The position numbers were made by a program, and so were the translations under genes. Below are positions 62,189-64,000 of a DNA stretch of 64,000 nt, one piece after another. How positions within the stretch are numbered: the first letter of the stretch is position 1; every line of letters begins with the position of its first letter. The notes under the pieces are model-generated. The model saw only the letters and a program-made list of their open reading frames with translations. It ran no database searches and was not told the DNA's origin. Origin of the DNA: Kofleriaceae bacterium (lineage in GTDB: Bacteria; Myxococcota_A; Polyangia; Haliangiales; Haliangiaceae); assembly GCA_965215005.1 (NCBI GenBank), contig CBDCCZ010000004.1, positions 160,001-224,000 on the forward strand. The letters run 5' to 3'.

Positions 62189-64000
62189 TTAGTCGCGGTA
62201 GTAGCAGACTTCGCCGCCGCCTTCGGTTGCTTCGCAAACGCGCTGCATCGGCTGTGCTTCGCCGTGGCCTTCGAGGCGCGGTTGTCGCCATGGACCGGCT
62301 GGCGACCCGGGATTTGAGACGACGCTGGCATCCATGGCGGGGTTGAACGTGCGGTTTTCTTCGACACCCATCTGCTCATTCAGGCGATCGCGAGCGTTGG
62401 GGGCCGAGTGCACTTGGTGCTCGGTGTCGCGGGTGTTGTCGTTGGGCAACGTCGTGCGCGGCACGTCACGGCGCGACAGGCCGGTGCTCACGACGTCTCC
62501 TTCGGAAGGCGCGATCACCACGTTGGCACCTTGCTCTTGGGCTACCTGTACGTTGCACTTTTCGACGTGCGACGCTGCGGGCTGTAAGACCGTGATCTGG
62601 TCACCTTCGCCGAGCTCTTCAGAGACCTGGACCGCTTCCGAGCCTTGACTATGGCCACTAACATTAAAGTCGGCGTCGGGATCCTGGGCGCGCCGGGTTC
62701 GGACGTAATGGTCTAGGAAGCGGCCATCGTCGGTCCTTGGGCAGTGGTCGACGGCGGCGATAGCATTGGCCCCGTTGTTGGCCCAGTCGTTGCGGAAGCC
62801 GGTGGTCGTGCCGCTGGTGTGGCAGTGATAGACGCCGTCCTGCTTGAAGCACATGGTCTTGCCAGTACGAGACACCGCGCGATCGGTCGAGTCTTCGGGA
62901 AAGACGTATTCTTTCTCGTTGGCGCGCGGTCCCCAGATGACGCTCGCCGCGCGGTTGACGGGATGCGCTTGGCCGTCGTACTCGACGGTGCGTCGTACCC
63001 CGCGCGTCGGTTGCTCGTAGGTGCGATTGATACGAGCGGTCGGCGGCCCGTTTGATTCGATGACCGGGACGTTCTCGGTAGAAGCCACCAGCACCGGCTG
63101 CTCTCCACCGGTGTAGCCTAGACCTTCGCTCGGAGCGCTCGCGACCGTGCCATTGCCGCCGGCGCAAGCGACCAAGGTCCCGTCGTCCGCCGATGCCTTG
63201 CGCTGGCGAATGTTGCGCCCTTCACAGGATCTGGCCTCGGCTTGAATGCAGCGGCGAAATTGATTGGTGAGCTGCGCGTTGATGGTCTGCTCATGATGCT
63301 CATTGGCGCCGCCAAAGCAGTAGTCGCGCTTGGAGCGAGCCTTGATGCACTGCTTGAGCTGGGCGAACCGCGCGACATTGTCTGCGCAGCTCGCGTTTTC
63401 ATCGCAGGCGAGCAAGTCGTCGCAGTCGGCGCCACCGACGCCGCGCGGGCCGTGAACCTGCCGTGCGCGCCGCAAAAATTCTTCGGGGGAGCAGCGATTG
63501 GCCGCGGCGAGCTCAGCCGCGAAGTCTGCGCCAATGCCAGCGTTCTCATAGTCTTCTTGCGTGTACGCCAGCGTCTGACCACCACCCAATCCATCGAGAA
63601 CCCAGTCGCGAAATCGCTGCAGCTGATTGCCGGTCGCTTCGGCGGCCGACGAGATGGCTGCGACGAACGTCCCAGTCTCGCAGGTCAAGTTTCCGACGAT
63701 CGCGCCGCCCACCGCGCCAATGGCCGCGCCCCCGGCCGCGGAAACAGTGCAGAACGCGCGGCCGCCGGCATCGAAGGTGCACATCTCGCGGTTAATCTCG
63801 TAGCTCGCTGCGGCGCCGCCGGCGGTTGTAGTCAACATGCAAACGCCGCGGTCGCGCAGGTAGTCGAACAGCCCGGCACACATGGTTGGCGCGGGCACGG
63901 AGCTCTCGATGCTGGCCACCTGCCACTCGGGCACCAGACTCTTAATCGCGTGGCCGGTGACGTGCTTGTGATAGCCGAGATAGGTCGTGCCCACCACCGC
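62189..64000 (-). CDS. 5'-truncated protein: Gly-zipper, Ntox16-like Cys-rich domain and lipase-like (GHSxG) domain
   Basis: AAGGAAIGAVGGAIVG; CSPEE...C...C...CIKAR....CFGGANEHHEQTI...C; GTTTGFRNDWANN, VSGHSQG, GDVV, VHS. Confidence 0.7.
   Translation of the reverse strand, partial: AVVGTTYLGYHKHVTGHAIKSLVPEWQVASIESSVPAPTMCAGLFDYLRDRGVCMLTTTAGGAAASYEINREMCTFDAGGRAFCTVSAAGGAAIGAVGGAIVGNLTCETGTFVAAISSAAEATGNQLQRFRDWVLDGLGGGQTLAYTQEDYENAGIGADFAAELAAANRCSPEEFLRRARQVHGPRGVGGADCDDLLACDENASCADNVARFAQLKQCIKARSKRDYCFGGANEHHEQTINAQLTNQFRRCIQAEARSCEGRNIRQRKASADDGTLVACAGGNGTVASAPSEGLGYTGGEQPVLVASTENVPVIESNGPPTARINRTYEQPTRGVRRTVEYDGQAHPVNRAASVIWGPRANEKEYVFPEDSTDRAVSRTGKTMCFKQDGVYHCHTSGTTTGFRNDWANNGANAIAAVDHCPRTDDGRFLDHYVRTRRAQDPDADFNVSGHSQGSEAVQVSEELGEGDQITVLQPAASHVEKCNVQVAQEQGANVVIAPSEGDVVSTGLSRRDVPRTTLPNDNTRDTEHQVHSAPNARDRLNEQMGVEENRTFNPAMDASVVSNPGSPAGPWRQPRLEGHGEAQPMQRVCEATEGGGEVCYYRD

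Overview
A 64-kb, GC-rich, gene-dense chromosomal window. It is most likely from a myxobacterium (Myxococcota), inferred from MYXO-CTERM proteins, a TIGR02266-type domain, DUF4388 and Hanks-type Ser/Thr kinases. Core content: bamD, mnmG, a FadL-type channel, a MoxR-VWA pair, the pyrG-rpoN-hpf-ptsN-hprK-rapZ-ptsH-ptsI cluster, a peptidase/propeller/Omp85 protein, argC-argB, RNase Z, an ABC1 kinase, a MATE pump, yqjG and bfd-bfr with two Fur-like boxes. The accessory right end holds a decayed ISAzo13-family transposase, a RAYT-type HUH transposase followed by a degenerate ~30-nt repeat array, a 23-bp tandem repeat and a truncated protein that appears to fuse an Ntox16-like domain to a lipase domain. 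Main leads: (1) a 9-codon Arg-rich uORF (MKRRRRRGL) with mutually exclusive hairpins upstream of argC-argB, resembling an arginine-sensing attenuator; (2) the RAYT plus repeat array; (3) the Ntox16-like/lipase fusion; (4) pyrG directly abutting rpoN with no kds/lpt genes; (5) many apparently leaderless genes; (6) a sigma54-like site inside a sigma70-like rpoN promoter. Single-base frameshifts in moxR, a response regulator and argC (two) look like assembly errors. No rRNA, tRNA or CRISPR array was recognised. All family calls come from motif recognition by eye, not from database searches.
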